Shown: one piece after another, positions 1 through 10,294 of the stretch
Position numbering within the stretch: position 1 is the stretch's first letter
Layout: every line of letters begins with the position of its first letter
Assembly (NCBI GenBank): GCA_963825135.1
Contig: CAWGRW010000010.1
Coordinates: forward strand, 128,001-192,000
Length of the DNA: 64,000 bases
Direction: 5' to 3'
From: an uncultured bacterium
GTDB taxonomy: Bacteria > Desulfobacterota_D > UBA1144 > Nemesobacterales > UBA2774
Made by a program: the position numbers and the translations under genes
Notes under the pieces: generated by a model
What the model saw: only the letters and a program-made list of their open reading frames with translations
Databases searched by the model: none
What the model was told of the DNA's origin: nothing

Positions 1-114
1 GATGAAGAGCCTCACCGCGCCCGACGGGGTCATCCCCAGGCCGGATACCAGCCTCTCGAACTCCCTCTTTTCCCCCTCGTCTATCCTGATGTATAAGGTA
101 GAGTCCTTTCCCAT
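1..114 (-). CDS. RelB/DinJ-family ribbon-helix-helix antitoxin, N-terminal part (runs off window start)
   Basis: Manual translation MGKDSTLYIRIDEGEKREFERLVSGLGMTPSGAVRLFI fits the DinJ/RelB pattern (IRID...LGMT.S.AVRLF); AAGGAG RBS upstream. Confidence 0.8.
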   Translation of the reverse strand, partial: MGKDSTLYIRIDEGEKREFERLVSGLGMTPSGAVRLFI

Positions 115-141
115 ATCATCCTCCTTCCCTCTTCCGGACTC

Positions 142-186
142 ATTATAATACAATGTACTATATTTGTCCATACATTGTATTATAAT
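142..186. promoter_or_regulatory. Perfect 16-bp inverted repeat upstream of the antitoxin, probable autorepression operator
   Basis: ATTATAATACAATGTA-N13-TACATTGTATTATAAT; contains TATAAT on both strands. Confidence 0.6.
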
Positions 187-227
187 ACTTTTGTCTCTAT
201 TCAGAGGCATCCGCCAATCCCATCTGT

Positions 228-610
228 TCTTTGAATCTCCTCTCCCCCTGTGGGAGAGGATCAAGGTGAGGGGGTACCTCAATATTTTTGTCATTGCAAC
301 GGTTCTGATGAATAAGAAGAACCGGCCGCTGCTGGCTGATTGCATTCAAGTTGCTGCGCCCTGGGACGAACCTGCCAAATAAAATCTGCGAAGCAGCGCG
401 GCAATCTCGTCTTTTGAAATTAATTCCCCTCCCCCTCAATAGGAGGGGAGGGTCAAGGGTGGGGGTGTACCTCATTTTTGTCATTGCAACGGTTCTGATG
501 AATAAGAAGAACCGGTCGCTGCTGGCTGATTGCATTCAAGTTGCTGTGCCATGGGACGAACCTGCCAAATAAAATCCGCAAAGCAGCGCGGCAATCTATT
601 TTTTCTTATC
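228..610 (+). repeat. Tandem duplication (~190-bp period) of REP-like modules, each holding an element X insertion (299-383, 489-573)
   Basis: Near-identical gtcattgcaacggttctgatgaataagaagaaccgg...gcagcgcggcaatct units. Confidence 0.85.
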
Positions 611-741
611 TTCCCGACATTACAGAATTTGCGGCGGGTGAGCACCCGCATATTTATTCCCCTCCCCCCTTCCAAAGTGGGGGAGGGTCAGGGTGGGGGG
701 TTTACCTTATCACTCCTATCAAACAGAAAGTCTTTCTCTTT

Positions 742-866
742 CCCGACATTACAGAATTTGCGTTAAGAAAATCGATTGTACGAGCGTTAAGAATCTTACG
801 CGGGGTGGGGTTGAATTGGAAGATTTAGCGAGTACATGAGATTTTTAGCAAATTATGTAGTCGGAT
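742..866 (+). repeat. Element A hairpin repeat, copy 1 (class A)
   Basis: cccgacattacagaatttgcg...aattatgtagtcggat, followed by hairpin cttctttgt-atccag-acaaagaag. Confidence 0.95.
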
Positions 867-1264
867 GATTTTTGCTTCTTTGTATCCAGACAAAGAAGAA
901 AATAATATTGTCTTTGCTTTTCATAATCCAAACTACGTGTGTGATTTTTGCTTCTTTTCATCAAGGAAAAGAAGGATAAAAAAAACAGCCTTTCACCTTT
1001 CCTTTGTCTTTTCATTATCTTTTCATAGACCACTTTAGGTGCACGGTGTTTTCATAATCCACACTACGTGTGTCTTTTCATCGAGGAAGAGAAGAAATAA
1101 TATTCGCCATTTCTATGCCTTTATGAAATTGCAGCGCCCAGTCGCAACCCGTTAATCCACTGTCCCCCCGCTATCTTTTTCCCCCTCATGTGTTATATAA
1201 ATTCCCTTGCGCGGGCTGCGGATAAACGGGCTCGCGAATCAAACCGGCACTCTGCGGGGGACTG

Positions 1265-2623
1265 ATGGCACTCCTATCGAGGATTAGCAGGCGGCTCGAC
1301 AACCCGGCCGAGGACATCTCAGCCGGAAGCGGCGCTATCGGGTTCCTGGGCGCGTTCTCCATCGGCATCGGCGGCATAGTCGGCGGCGGGATATTCGCCA
1401 CTCTAGGCCTCGCCACGGTGGAGTCCAGGGGCGCGACGTTCCTCTCGTTCCTCATCGGCGGCATAGTCGCGCTTCTCACCGCGTACTCCTACGTAAAACT
1501 CTCCCTCGCCTACCCTAGCAAGGGCGGCACGGTCACCTTCCTTAACAAGGCGTTCGGCCCCGGGTTCGTCACGGGCTCGCTCAATACACTCCTCGTCATG
1601 AGCTACGTCGTGCTCCTCTCGGTCTACGCTTACGCATTCGCCAATTACGCGGCAGCCACGTTCTTCCCCCACGGCGAATACGCCCGCTGGCACAGGGTGC
1701 TCGTCTCGGCGGTCGTGGTCGCGCTCGCTCTGGTGAATTTCGCCGGACCCGCGCTCGTCGAAAGGTCTGAGGGGTTCTTCAACCTTAGCAAGCTCCTCAT
1801 ACTCTTCGTCTTCGTGGTGCTCGGTCTCCAGGGAAGCGGACTCACGTTCGAGCGCATGGCGCCCTCGGAATGGGTCCCGGCCCCGGAAATCGTTGCGGCC
1901 GGAATGCTGGTATTCCTGAGCTACGAGGGGTTCGAGCTCATCGCGAACGTCTCCGACCAGGTGAGGGACAGGGAGAGGAACCTGCCGCTCGCCTACTACG
2001 GCTCGGTCGCGACGGCGCTCGTGTTCTATGTCCTGATAATAGTCGTAGTGCTCGGACACATGAGCTTCAGCGCGGTCGCGGACTCCAGCAATTACACGCT
2101 CTCGGCGGCGGCCGAGCTGTTCATGGGGAGATCCGGGTTCGTGCTCCTCGCGATAGGGGCCATACTGGCGACCGCGTCCGCCATTAACGCCGGGCTATTC
2201 GGCGCGGCGAAGCTGCCGCTTATGCTCGCCAGGGTGAACGAGGCCCCGCCCATATACCTCCGCGAGTACAGGGGCAGGCATCCCGCGGGACTCGTCGTCA
2301 TCTCGATACTCGTCCTCCTGATAGTGAACTTCCTCGACCTCCACTCCCTCTCGGCCGCGGCGAGCACGGGGTTCATCGTCATATTCCTCACGGTCAATCT
2401 GGCGAACGCCAGGCTCGCCCGGGTGACGGGCGGCAGCAGGCGTGTATCGCTCATAGCCGCCGCGGTGTGTTTCGTCGCACTCGCGGTAATGATCGCGCAG
2501 ACGGCCTGGACCCCGGCCAACAGGAAGGACCTCTGGTTCATCGGCGGCCTCATGGTCCTCCCGCTAATCTACCAGACCGTATACCGCGGCGTCGGATACC
2601 TCCGCAGAACTCACGGCGGGTGA
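1265..2623 (+). CDS. APC-family amino acid permease
   Basis: 452 aa, many TM segments, GGIVGGGIF motif in TM1, YEGFE in TM6. Confidence 0.9.
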   Translation: MALLSRISRRLDNPAEDISAGSGAIGFLGAFSIGIGGIVGGGIFATLGLATVESRGATFLSFLIGGIVALLTAYSYVKLSLAYPSKGGTVTFLNKAFGPGFVTGSLNTLLVMSYVVLLSVYAYAFANYAAATFFPHGEYARWHRVLVSAVVVALALVNFAGPALVERSEGFFNLSKLLILFVFVVLGLQGSGLTFERMAPSEWVPAPEIVAAGMLVFLSYEGFELIANVSDQVRDRERNLPLAYYGSVATALVFYVLIIVVVLGHMSFSAVADSSNYTLSAAAELFMGRSGFVLLAIGAILATASAINAGLFGAAKLPLMLARVNEAPPIYLREYRGRHPAGLVVISILVLLIVNFLDLHSLSAAASTGFIVIFLTVNLANARLARVTGGSRRVSLIAAAVCFVALAVMIAQTAWTPANRKDLWFIGGLMVLPLIYQTVYRGVGYLRRTHGG

Positions 2624-2750
2624 GCACCCGCGGGCATACGATCTCCAACATCCCCCCTCAGCTCAACCCAACCCGTTCGTCCTGAGCGCACACGAAGTGT
2701 GCTGTCGAAGGGTTTCTTCCTTTCAATTTCCCCCTTAGAAAAGAGGGGAG

Positions 2751-2837
2751 ACAAATCCGAACGTGTGAGGAATTGGTTGGAGTTTGGTGATAGCAAAGAA
2801 GTCGCTTAATTGAAGCGGCAAATGTTATTAAAACCAA
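2751..2837 (+). mobile_element. Element X insertion in a ccccctt..aaggggga REP
   Basis: ac-aaatcc-gaacgtgtga-ggaatt-gg; flanks rejoin to the empty REP seen at ~15300. Confidence 0.7.
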
Positions 2838-2866
2838 ATTAAGGGGGATTTAGTTTTTTCTTCTTT

Positions 2867-3023
2867 CCCGACATTACAGAATTTGCGTCAAGCAAAATCG
2901 AGTTGTACGAGCGTTATGAAGTAGCGCAGCGCAATCTCGTCTTTCTGCAGACGTCGAGATTGTGGGGTTGAATTGGAAGATTTAGCGAGTACATGAGATT
3001 TTTAGCAAATTATGTAGTCGGAT
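2867..3023 (+). repeat. Element A copy 2 (loop region altered by a REP-like hairpin)
   Basis: Both arms present, internal caatctcg...cgagattg. Confidence 0.9.
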
Positions 3024-3307
3024 GATTTTTGCTTCTTTTCATCAAGGAAAAGAAGGATAAAAAAACGTCCTTTCACTTTTCATAGACCACTTTAGCGCAC
3101 GGTGTTTTCATCAACACGTGTGTCTTTTCTTTGCCTTTTCTTTCCGAAATCGAGAAGCCCGGACTCCATCCTCGAACCCATACATCGAGCGCCCGCAAAA
3201 AAAAACTCCCCGTCCCGCCGTTTCCGGCGGAGCGGGGAGCGCTCTTTTCAAAATAAATCAATCAGCTATTCACGGGCGGTATCCGCCCGCGCCCTGCGAG
3301 TCAACCC

Positions 3308-3826
3308 TTACTGCCCCTGTATGCAGTACGCGCGCACTTCGACCATGAGACAGTTGTCGGGAGACCCCGCGCCTTCCTTCCTGAAAACGGAGACCTTCCA
3401 TCCGTTCCATCCGCTCGGGTTCATGTTGTCGGCTACGCTCGATGTTACCCTCACCTCTTTCATGTCTATGGTCGAGTCCTCGGGCATGACCGTATAACCG
3501 CCGCCTATCGCGAAGGACCCGGCCGGACAGGTCGCCCTGAAATCGAGCGCCCTTCCCGCGAGCATGCTCACCTGCTGGCTCTCGGACACTTCCGACACAG
3601 AAACGCCGCTCGCCTTCACGGTCTCCACGTTGACGACCATGGGCTGGCACTTCTTCGAGCAGGAGATACCCTCCTGCGACGAGCACGGCGAAGCCGGGGC
3701 CGGAGCGACGGGTGCGGGCTGCGGATAAACGGGCTGCGCGAAAACGCTCCCCGTCCCGATCGCCAGTAAAAACGCGCCGAAAATCGCCCCAACGATTAAT
3801 TCGTTCAATGTTCTGCTGCTCTCCAT
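3308..3826 (-). CDS. Secreted Cys-containing hypothetical protein
   Basis: Signal peptide, ATCPAG...GGGY and AYC motifs, GGAGG RBS. Confidence 0.7.
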   Translation of the reverse strand: MESSRTLNELIVGAIFGAFLLAIGTGSVFAQPVYPQPAPVAPAPASPCSSQEGISCSKKCQPMVVNVETVKASGVSVSEVSESQQVSMLAGRALDFRATCPAGSFAIGGGYTVMPEDSTIDMKEVRVTSSVADNMNPSGWNGWKVSVFRKEGAGSPDNCLMVEVRAYCIQGQ

Positions 3827-4213
3827 GATTTAATTCCTCCCTTGAATGGATTTGATAACTCCCCTTGCTCGCACGATATTACTATATTATCCGGCGCGAT
3901 TCAACACTCCCCCGATAATCCCCTCCGCCCCCTGTTTTACCGCTCGCGGGCGCAGTAATTTTATATCTCAATACAGTATATCGAGTATATATTTACTGCC
4001 CGCGGCGCCGCGAGCGTCGAGCGGCCGCCGCCAAATAAAAAGGCCCCTTCCCCCGAAACGGGGGAAGAGGCCCAATTAATCTTTTTCCGGTCACCCTGAA
4101 CCGGTTTCAGGGTCTCTTTTTTATTCCGTCATTGCGAGCGAAGCGCGGCAATCTCATCTTTTCCTTTCTTAAACCCGTTCGCCCTGAGCTCGTCGAAGGG
4201 TCGAAGGATGTGT

Positions 4214-4774
4214 TTAAACACCCGCCGCAGATCTCTTCCGTCTCACCGCGAAGAACACGCCGATCAGACCAAGCCCGGCCGCAGCCGAGATCGTCCCCCA
4301 CTCGGAGAGCGTCGGTATCTTGTCCGCGGATATCCTGTTAACGAAGACGCACCCGGCTCCGGAAATTTGTCCGCTCGGCTCGACGCAATGGAAAGTTACG
4401 CTGTCCTCGGTCTTCTCAATATCGACGCCGACCCCCTCGAAACACCCAATCTCCTCAATCGTCCACCCTTCCTGCGGAAGCTCCGTGAAGCTTACAGTGC
4501 CCCCGGCGCCTACGAACACGAAATCGGGCGGAGACACTTGATTCGACGACACAGTGATTTCGGTTTCGACCCCGTTCACATTCTTGATGAATTCAAATGG
4601 TATCTCGGACTCAGTCTGGGGTATCTCTTTAAAAATGAAAAATCCGCAATCACCGTCCGGGATGGATGGAGCCCCCGCCTGCGCGGTCATGCCCGTAAAA
4701 CCGGAAAGCACCAAAGATAAAAGAAATAGACGTATAGCTCGTGTAACCATGGTCATCCTCCTACGGATATTCAC
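4214..4774 (-). CDS. IPTL-CTERM surface protein
   Basis: Signal peptide; C-terminal IPTLSEWG + TM helix + RRKR. Confidence 0.9.
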   Translation of the reverse strand: MNIRRRMTMVTRAIRLFLLSLVLSGFTGMTAQAGAPSIPDGDCGFFIFKEIPQTESEIPFEFIKNVNGVETEITVSSNQVSPPDFVFVGAGGTVSFTELPQEGWTIEEIGCFEGVGVDIEKTEDSVTFHCVEPSGQISGAGCVFVNRISADKIPTLSEWGTISAAAGLGLIGVFFAVRRKRSAAGV

Positions 4775-4899
4775 TGAGCTTATTGTACAACTTTATATGA
4801 ATTTTAACAATAGTTATAGAAGATACAGAGCCGCTTCGAGGTATACGCGAATCCCGGTCCCCCGGCCGCGCTTTCGCCTTCCGTTCGGGCGCGTGTATA

Positions 4900-5544
4900 A
4901 TGTCCCGGATGCGAAGCGCGTTCATATCTGCGGCCCTCGTTCTCGCTGCATTCGTCCTCACCGCCTCGGGCGGAGAACCCGCGGCGCGCCCGTCGGTTTC
5001 CCTCCTCCCCGGCTCCGATACGCCCCGGACGACGCAGTGCCCCGACGGCGCGGCGTATGTCTATAAGGGATATACTATATATGTAACGCAGAGCGCGGAG
5101 TCCCCCGGGCAAGGCATATCCGTCTACGAACCCCCGTCCCCTCCCGCCGATCCGTGCGGCGAGGGCAAGGGCGGCAGGTACTTCTCCATCCCGGCGGGCG
5201 AGTCGGGAGGGACGAACTTCTTCGCGGGCGTCTCGGGAGACTACCTCTTCATAGACCAGGGCACGGGTCCTTCTTTCCGGACGATCAGCATATTCGATAT
5301 GAAGGAGAAGACCTTCCCGCTCCTGGAGATCCGCTACTCGGACGCGAAGATAGAGAACGGAGCGCTGACGTATTACGAATCGAGGGACGAGGTCTCGGGC
5401 GTTCTGGCGAAGATACCCTGCCCGCAGGCGTCCGAATGGAAGAAACAGGGGCTCGATGTCGTATATGAGGAGAAAATGTCGTTCGACCTCAAAACGGGAA
5501 GGGAAATCTCGCTCCGCCAGTTCCGCTGCTCCCCCGCGCAGTAA
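4900..5544 (+). CDS. Secreted hypothetical protein, paralog of 24490..25155
   Basis: Signal peptide; shared GG.N.F.G..G.YLFID and IPCP.A..W.K.G motifs. Confidence 0.8.
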   Translation: MSRMRSAFISAALVLAAFVLTASGGEPAARPSVSLLPGSDTPRTTQCPDGAAYVYKGYTIYVTQSAESPGQGISVYEPPSPPADPCGEGKGGRYFSIPAGESGGTNFFAGVSGDYLFIDQGTGPSFRTISIFDMKEKTFPLLEIRYSDAKIENGALTYYESRDEVSGVLAKIPCPQASEWKKQGLDVVYEEKMSFDLKTGREISLRQFRCSPAQ

Positions 5545-5671
5545 CGCGCACGCTCAGCGTGTTCTACGATCCCTTCCAACTCCGCCGCCATTATCGATAA
5601 CCCAAGCCAAACCCGTTCGTGCTGAGCTAGTCGAAGCGTGTGAACTTATTTCCCTCCCCCCATGAGGGGGA

Positions 5672-5756
5672 ACGGATGCGAGCGTGCAAGCATTCGGTCG
5701 CCCTCCGCAAAACGCAAGCAAGCTACTGTGCCATGGGAAGGACATACTATATACAA
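5672..5756 (+). mobile_element. Element X insertion joining halves of two different REP families
   Basis: ac-ggatgc-gagcgtgcaa-gcattc-gg; left flank ccctcccc..gggga, right flank ctgcatagcagcgcggcaatctc. Confidence 0.7.
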
Positions 5757-5980
5757 ATCTGCATAGCAGCGCGGCAATCTCGTCTGTTCCTTTAATTCCC
5801 TCTCCCTCGCGGGGGAGAGGGACAGGGTGAGGGGGTACTTTATTATTCTTTTCCTTTCCCGACATTACAGAATTTGCGGCGGGCACACACAATGTGTGCT
5901 TTATGATCCTTCCGAAACTCTTACGCTCAAACCAGCAACGTAGCCAAACCCATTCGTGCTGAGCTTGTCGAAGCACGTTA

Positions 5981-6184
5981 CCGACATTACAGAATTTGTG
6001 TTAAGAAAATCGATTGTACGAGCGTTAAAAATCTTCCACGGGACGAATGCAAGCGCGCGCGCATTCGGACACCCTCTCCTATCCGCGCGACGTTAGTTAG
6101 CCACGGACATCGCTAAACTATCGCTCCGATGGGGCAGAATTGGAAGATTTAGCGAGTACATGAGATTTTTAGCAAATTATGTAG
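5981..6184 (+). repeat. Element A copy 3 with element X (6043-6128) in its apical loop
   Basis: Arms conserved; 86-nt insertion ac-gaatgc-aagcgcgcgc-gcattc-gg. Confidence 0.9.
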
Positions 6185-6378
6185 AGTCTTTTCGGAAACC
6201 ACACTACGTGTGTGATTTTTGCTTCTTTTCATCAAGGAAAAGAAGGATAAAAATAAAGCCTTTCACCTTTCTTTTGTCTTTCCGAAAGTTCACACTATGT
6301 GTGTGTCGCGGCTGGAAGCCGCTCCTACAGAGTTTGTCACTGCCAGCAGCGCGAAAAATCTATCTTTTGCCTTTCCTT

Positions 6379-6504
6379 CCCGACATTACAGAATTTGCGT
6401 TAAGAAAATCGATTGTACGAGCGTTAAGAATCTTCCACGGGGTGGGGTTGAATTGGAAGATTTAGCGAGTACATGAGATTTTTAGCGTAATTCTGTAGTC
6501 GGAT
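6379..6504 (+). repeat. Element A copy 4
   Basis: Matches consensus. Confidence 0.95.
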
Positions 6505-6698
6505 GATTTTTGCTTCTTTTCATCAAGGAAAAGAAGGATAAAAATAAGGCCTTTCACCTTTCTTTGCCTTTTCTTTTCGAATGATCACGCTATCTATGTT
6601 CATCAAGGAAAAGAAGGATAAAAAAACAGCCTTTCACCTTTCTTTCGTCTTTCCGTAAGGCGCATTGAAAACGCTGCAATCCCGTCCTGCTTCCCCCC

Positions 6699-7310
6699 TC
6701 ACCTGTAAAGCATAATGGCCGGCGGGACCTTGTTGCTCACGGGATCTATGGTCCGGAGATACGCGTAGATGGATATCAGGTCCGAGTCGGGAAGCTCCGC
6801 GAGCTCCTGCCACGGCATCGGATAGAGGAGCCTCCTGCCGAGCCCCTTGTGCATCCCCTGCCTCATGGTCGCGACGAACTGCGCCTCGGACCACGCACCC
6901 GTGCCGGTCTCGATATCGGGCGTAAGGTTGGCGGAGAATACGAGCGTGTCGTTTGACGCCCATACCGTATTGTCGAGGTTGTCGAGGAACTCCATGAATT
7001 CGTTCGACGTTACGACCATGTCCCCCACGTCGGGTATCTTCTCGTCCTGCGGATGGCCGGACAGGAGCCTCTGCGGATTAGGCATGGGCTTGCCGTCGGG
7101 GCCCTTCAACTCAGGGGTGTGGCAGTAGTTGCACTTCCACTCGTTCACGAGCTCCACCCCCCGCGTGACCTGAGCGGCGGTATAAGATGCCGCGGGGACG
7201 GGAACGGCAGCCTGCTGTGGCGCGTTCTTATTGCACGCGGATACAAGCGCCGCGGACACGACAAGCGCCGCGGCCAGGAATAGTCCGAGTTTCATGTCGA
7301 TTCTTTTCAT
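6699..7310 (-). CDS. c-type cytochrome lipoprotein
   Basis: Lipobox-like VSAC, CNYCH heme motif, NLTPD..TG.G.W and PMPW motifs; start set at MKRIDMK after GGAGG. Confidence 0.85.
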   Translation of the reverse strand: MKRIDMKLGLFLAAALVVSAALVSACNKNAPQQAAVPVPAASYTAAQVTRGVELVNEWKCNYCHTPELKGPDGKPMPNPQRLLSGHPQDEKIPDVGDMVVTSNEFMEFLDNLDNTVWASNDTLVFSANLTPDIETGTGAWSEAQFVATMRQGMHKGLGRRLLYPMPWQELAELPDSDLISIYAYLRTIDPVSNKVPPAIMLYR

Positions 7311-7605
7311 CTTTGTGACCTCCTGAAAATCACTTTTAATTATGCCGGATTTTTCGGAATTTACTATCGCACACGGACACATAGTGTCATTTTACGGTTC
7401 TTCCGAATCTCCTCCGCCAAACCCGGCAGCCGCGGCAATTTCGTATGTCGGCGAAATAAATGAAACCCGTCCGTCCCGGGCCTGCCGGAGGGTCGAAGGA
7501 TTGAACGGGCGATGTCCCGCTTGGCGGGACCGCCCGTTCGCGCTTTATGTTATTCCCCCCCTCATGTCGCGGGGAGGGGCCGCGGCGCATTAAAAACCGG
7601 TTCCG

Positions 7606-9048
7606 TCACTGCGGGGCATCGCCGGCGGGGGCGTTTCCCTCCGCGTTCCACCAGCCGCCTCCGAGCGCGACGTAGAAAGCAACCGTGTCCTGGAGCCGCT
7701 GCGCTACGGCCTGTATGTAACTGATCCTGGTCTGATAGTACTGATAGTTGGCTATAAGTACCTGCAGATAATCGACGATGCCCGCCTGGTAATTCGCCTG
7801 TATCAGCCTGAGGGCCTCGTCAGCCTGCCGCATCGCCTCCGATTGCGCCTTAAGTATCTCCGCGTCGTGCTCGAGCGCACGGAGCGCATCGGCGACCTGA
7901 GCGAACGCGCCGAGCACGGTCTCACGGTAATCGGCCAGGGATTGATTGTAGCCCTCTATCGCCGCGCGCCGCTGGTACCAGAGCGTGCCGCCGTGAAAGA
8001 TCGGAGCCAGGATACCCGCGCCTATGCTCCAGAAGCTGACCGCGTTTTTGGAGAGGTTTTCAAACGTAGTGCTGTTCACGCCGTAATCGCCGCTCAAGGT
8101 GAAGTTGGGGAACAATGCCGCCGTGGCGACCCCGATCTCCGCGCTTGCGCTATGCAGCCGGGATTCCGAGGCGAGTATATCGGGACGCTGCCTGACGAGG
8201 TCGGAAGGGAGCGACAGGGGCAGGTCCGCGGGCAGCGCGAGGTCGGCTAATTCCACGTCGGGCGGGCTCCACTCGGCGGGCGTCCGCCCGGACAGCGCGG
8301 CGAGCAAATGCTCGGTCTGGCTGAGCTGCTGCTTGAGTATGGGGATGTTCGCTTCCGTCGCGGAGAGCTGGCTCTGCAGGCTGAGCACGTTCGAGTAGGG
8401 GATTATGCCGGCCTGCGCCTGCGCCTCGGCGATCCCGACCTGCTCCTTCTCGTTATCGATCGTCTGCTCCGTCGCCTTTATCTGCTCGCGGTAGGCCGCC
8501 TGGGCGATAACGGCGTTGACTATATTCCCGGAAAGAGTGAGGTATGCGCCCGTGACCGTATAGCGCTCGACGTCCACCTGCGCCTGCAGGCTCTCGACCG
8601 CCCGGCGCTCCCCGCCGAAAACGTCGAGCGCGTAATTGACGGTCCCGGCCAGGGTATAGATATTGAATATGCTCGACGCGGGGTTCCCGCTGAAGCTCAC
8701 GGGGGAAGACTTCAGACGCGAGACGCCGAGAGTCGCATCGGCCTGCGGAAAGAAAACGCCGTAGCCCGCGCGCAGGTTATCCTGGCTCTGACGCAGGCTC
8801 GCCTCGGCCGCCTGGAGGGTCTGGTTATTCGCGAAGGCCTCTTTCATCACGCCGTCCAGCTTCGCGGAATTGAAAAGACGCCACCAGTCGGCGTTGAGCT
8901 TGACGCCCTCGTCGAACCGCTGAGCCCGCCCTTCGGCGGTGATCGTCGCCGAAGGCTGCTCGCCGCTCGTATAGCGGTCCACGGGAGGCGCCTCGGGCTC
9001 TTTGAAATTCGGCCCGACAGCGCAGCCCGCCATGTAGAGCGGATACAT
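7606..9048 (-). CDS. Outer membrane efflux lipoprotein (NodT/TolC family); start uncertain
   Basis: AGCAVGP lipobox, WW..F, L.RQRPDI..AE, ALGGGW C-terminus. Confidence 0.92.
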   Translation of the reverse strand: MYPLYMAGCAVGPNFKEPEAPPVDRYTSGEQPSATITAEGRAQRFDEGVKLNADWWRLFNSAKLDGVMKEAFANNQTLQAAEASLRQSQDNLRAGYGVFFPQADATLGVSRLKSSPVSFSGNPASSIFNIYTLAGTVNYALDVFGGERRAVESLQAQVDVERYTVTGAYLTLSGNIVNAVIAQAAYREQIKATEQTIDNEKEQVGIAEAQAQAGIIPYSNVLSLQSQLSATEANIPILKQQLSQTEHLLAALSGRTPAEWSPPDVELADLALPADLPLSLPSDLVRQRPDILASESRLHSASAEIGVATAALFPNFTLSGDYGVNSTTFENLSKNAVSFWSIGAGILAPIFHGGTLWYQRRAAIEGYNQSLADYRETVLGAFAQVADALRALEHDAEILKAQSEAMRQADEALRLIQANYQAGIVDYLQVLIANYQYYQTRISYIQAVAQRLQDTVAFYVALGGGWWNAEGNAPAGDAPQ

Positions 9049-9193
9049 CAGGCACAGCAGCGCCGACGCCCGCCATATAAAGCTCCCCCGCCGGTTATTG
9101 CGAATCTTATTCCCCCCGCAGCTTCGTCCCCGTGCAGTTTCCGTTTAGAGAGCATAATTTATCCGGCACATCCCCCGAAAATACCGGGCGCTG

Positions 9194-10294
9194 TTATTTG
9201 CCTCCCGTTTCGGGCTCCTCTATATAAACGTCGACGAGCTGCCCGGTATAGAGTTCCACATTCTTGGGCTTCTCGAACCTGAATATCACAGGCAGGACCC
9301 TCACGTCCACCCTTTCCGTCCTCTGGTTCGACAGCTCGATCTTGGGCGTCACGTAAGGCTGGACGCGCACGAATTCGAGCGGGATGCTGATATCCGTCCC
9401 CCTGATAAACATTTTTGCGTTGATCCGGGGCGGAGGAGGAAGCCTGTTAATGAGTATTTCATCGATGTAACAGCGGACGCTTAATTGGGACTGCGCGCCG
9501 CCCATGACGATTACGGGGTTATACCCGCCCGTGTAGGTGTCGTACGTCCCCTGCGCCGACACATAACTGCCGGGGGCGGCATTGATCGATAGGACCACCC
9601 CGTCGACCGGCGCTTTGAGCGTGTACTTCTCGAGGAGCGCGCTTGAGGCCTCATACGCTTTTGAGAGGGATTCGTACTGGCTCTCCTGGTTTTTTATGTC
9701 GTAAACCCATGCCCCCGCCTTCGTGAGGTCGTACTGTTTCCGGGCGACCCCGAGGTTCGCTTTCGCCACCTTCACCGCGTTCTCGGCGTTGTCGAGAGAA
9801 TATTTACTGACGGATTTCGGGTTCAGCTGATACGATTGCTTCTGTTTGTCCAGCTGGTCCTCCAGGTTCTTGAGGCTGGCGCTCGCGTAGTCGACCTGCG
9901 CTTCCGCGACGTCGAGGGTTTCTTTTCTCGGCTGAGCCTTGAGCTCCTGAAGGAGCGCTTTTGCCGATTCCGCCTGGGCTTCCTGCTGCATGGCGAGCGC
10001 TTTCTGGACCGAGTCGTCCATCATGAGCAGCGGTGTCCCCCGGCTGACGGCCTGCCCTTCGGCGACCGGGATCTTCACGACCGTCCCCGGCACCTCTGGG
10101 TATATGTTTACGTTCTCTCCGCTTTCCTGGTAGCTCTCGATTATGCCGCTCGCATAAATCCCTTTCCCGTACGGGTTCGATGCCGGGCTGAATACCGGCG
10201 GCAGCGCCTTTTTCTCCCTGCCGTGGATGTACGCGGTCACGAGTCCGGCCAATATCCCCAGGATCGCAAGCGCGAAAATAATCTTAGTCCTCAC
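9194..10294 (-). CDS. HlyD-family membrane fusion protein
   Basis: N-terminal TM, lipoyl-like halves, coiled coil, KAPVDG, ERVDVRVL. Confidence 0.9.
   Translation of the reverse strand: MRTKIIFALAILGILAGLVTAYIHGREKKALPPVFSPASNPYGKGIYASGIIESYQESGENVNIYPEVPGTVVKIPVAEGQAVSRGTPLLMMDDSVQKALAMQQEAQAESAKALLQELKAQPRKETLDVAEAQVDYASASLKNLEDQLDKQKQSYQLNPKSVSKYSLDNAENAVKVAKANLGVARKQYDLTKAGAWVYDIKNQESQYESLSKAYEASSALLEKYTLKAPVDGVVLSINAAPGSYVSAQGTYDTYTGGYNPVIVMGGAQSQLSVRCYIDEILINRLPPPPRINAKMFIRGTDISIPLEFVRVQPYVTPKIELSNQRTERVDVRVLPVIFRFEKPKNVELYTGQLVDVYIEEPETGGK

Noticed and set aside
164..1033. Short ORFs containing PDITEFA, RKSIVRALRI or MLLFIKEKK here and throughout the window
   Set aside because: They are translations of the non-coding repeats in varying frames with no consistent start or RBS
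8308..9282. Long antisense ORFs (also 15620, 32832, 34021, 50098, 58536 and similar)
   Set aside because: Shadow frames of GC-rich genes with clear function or better coding signal on the other strand
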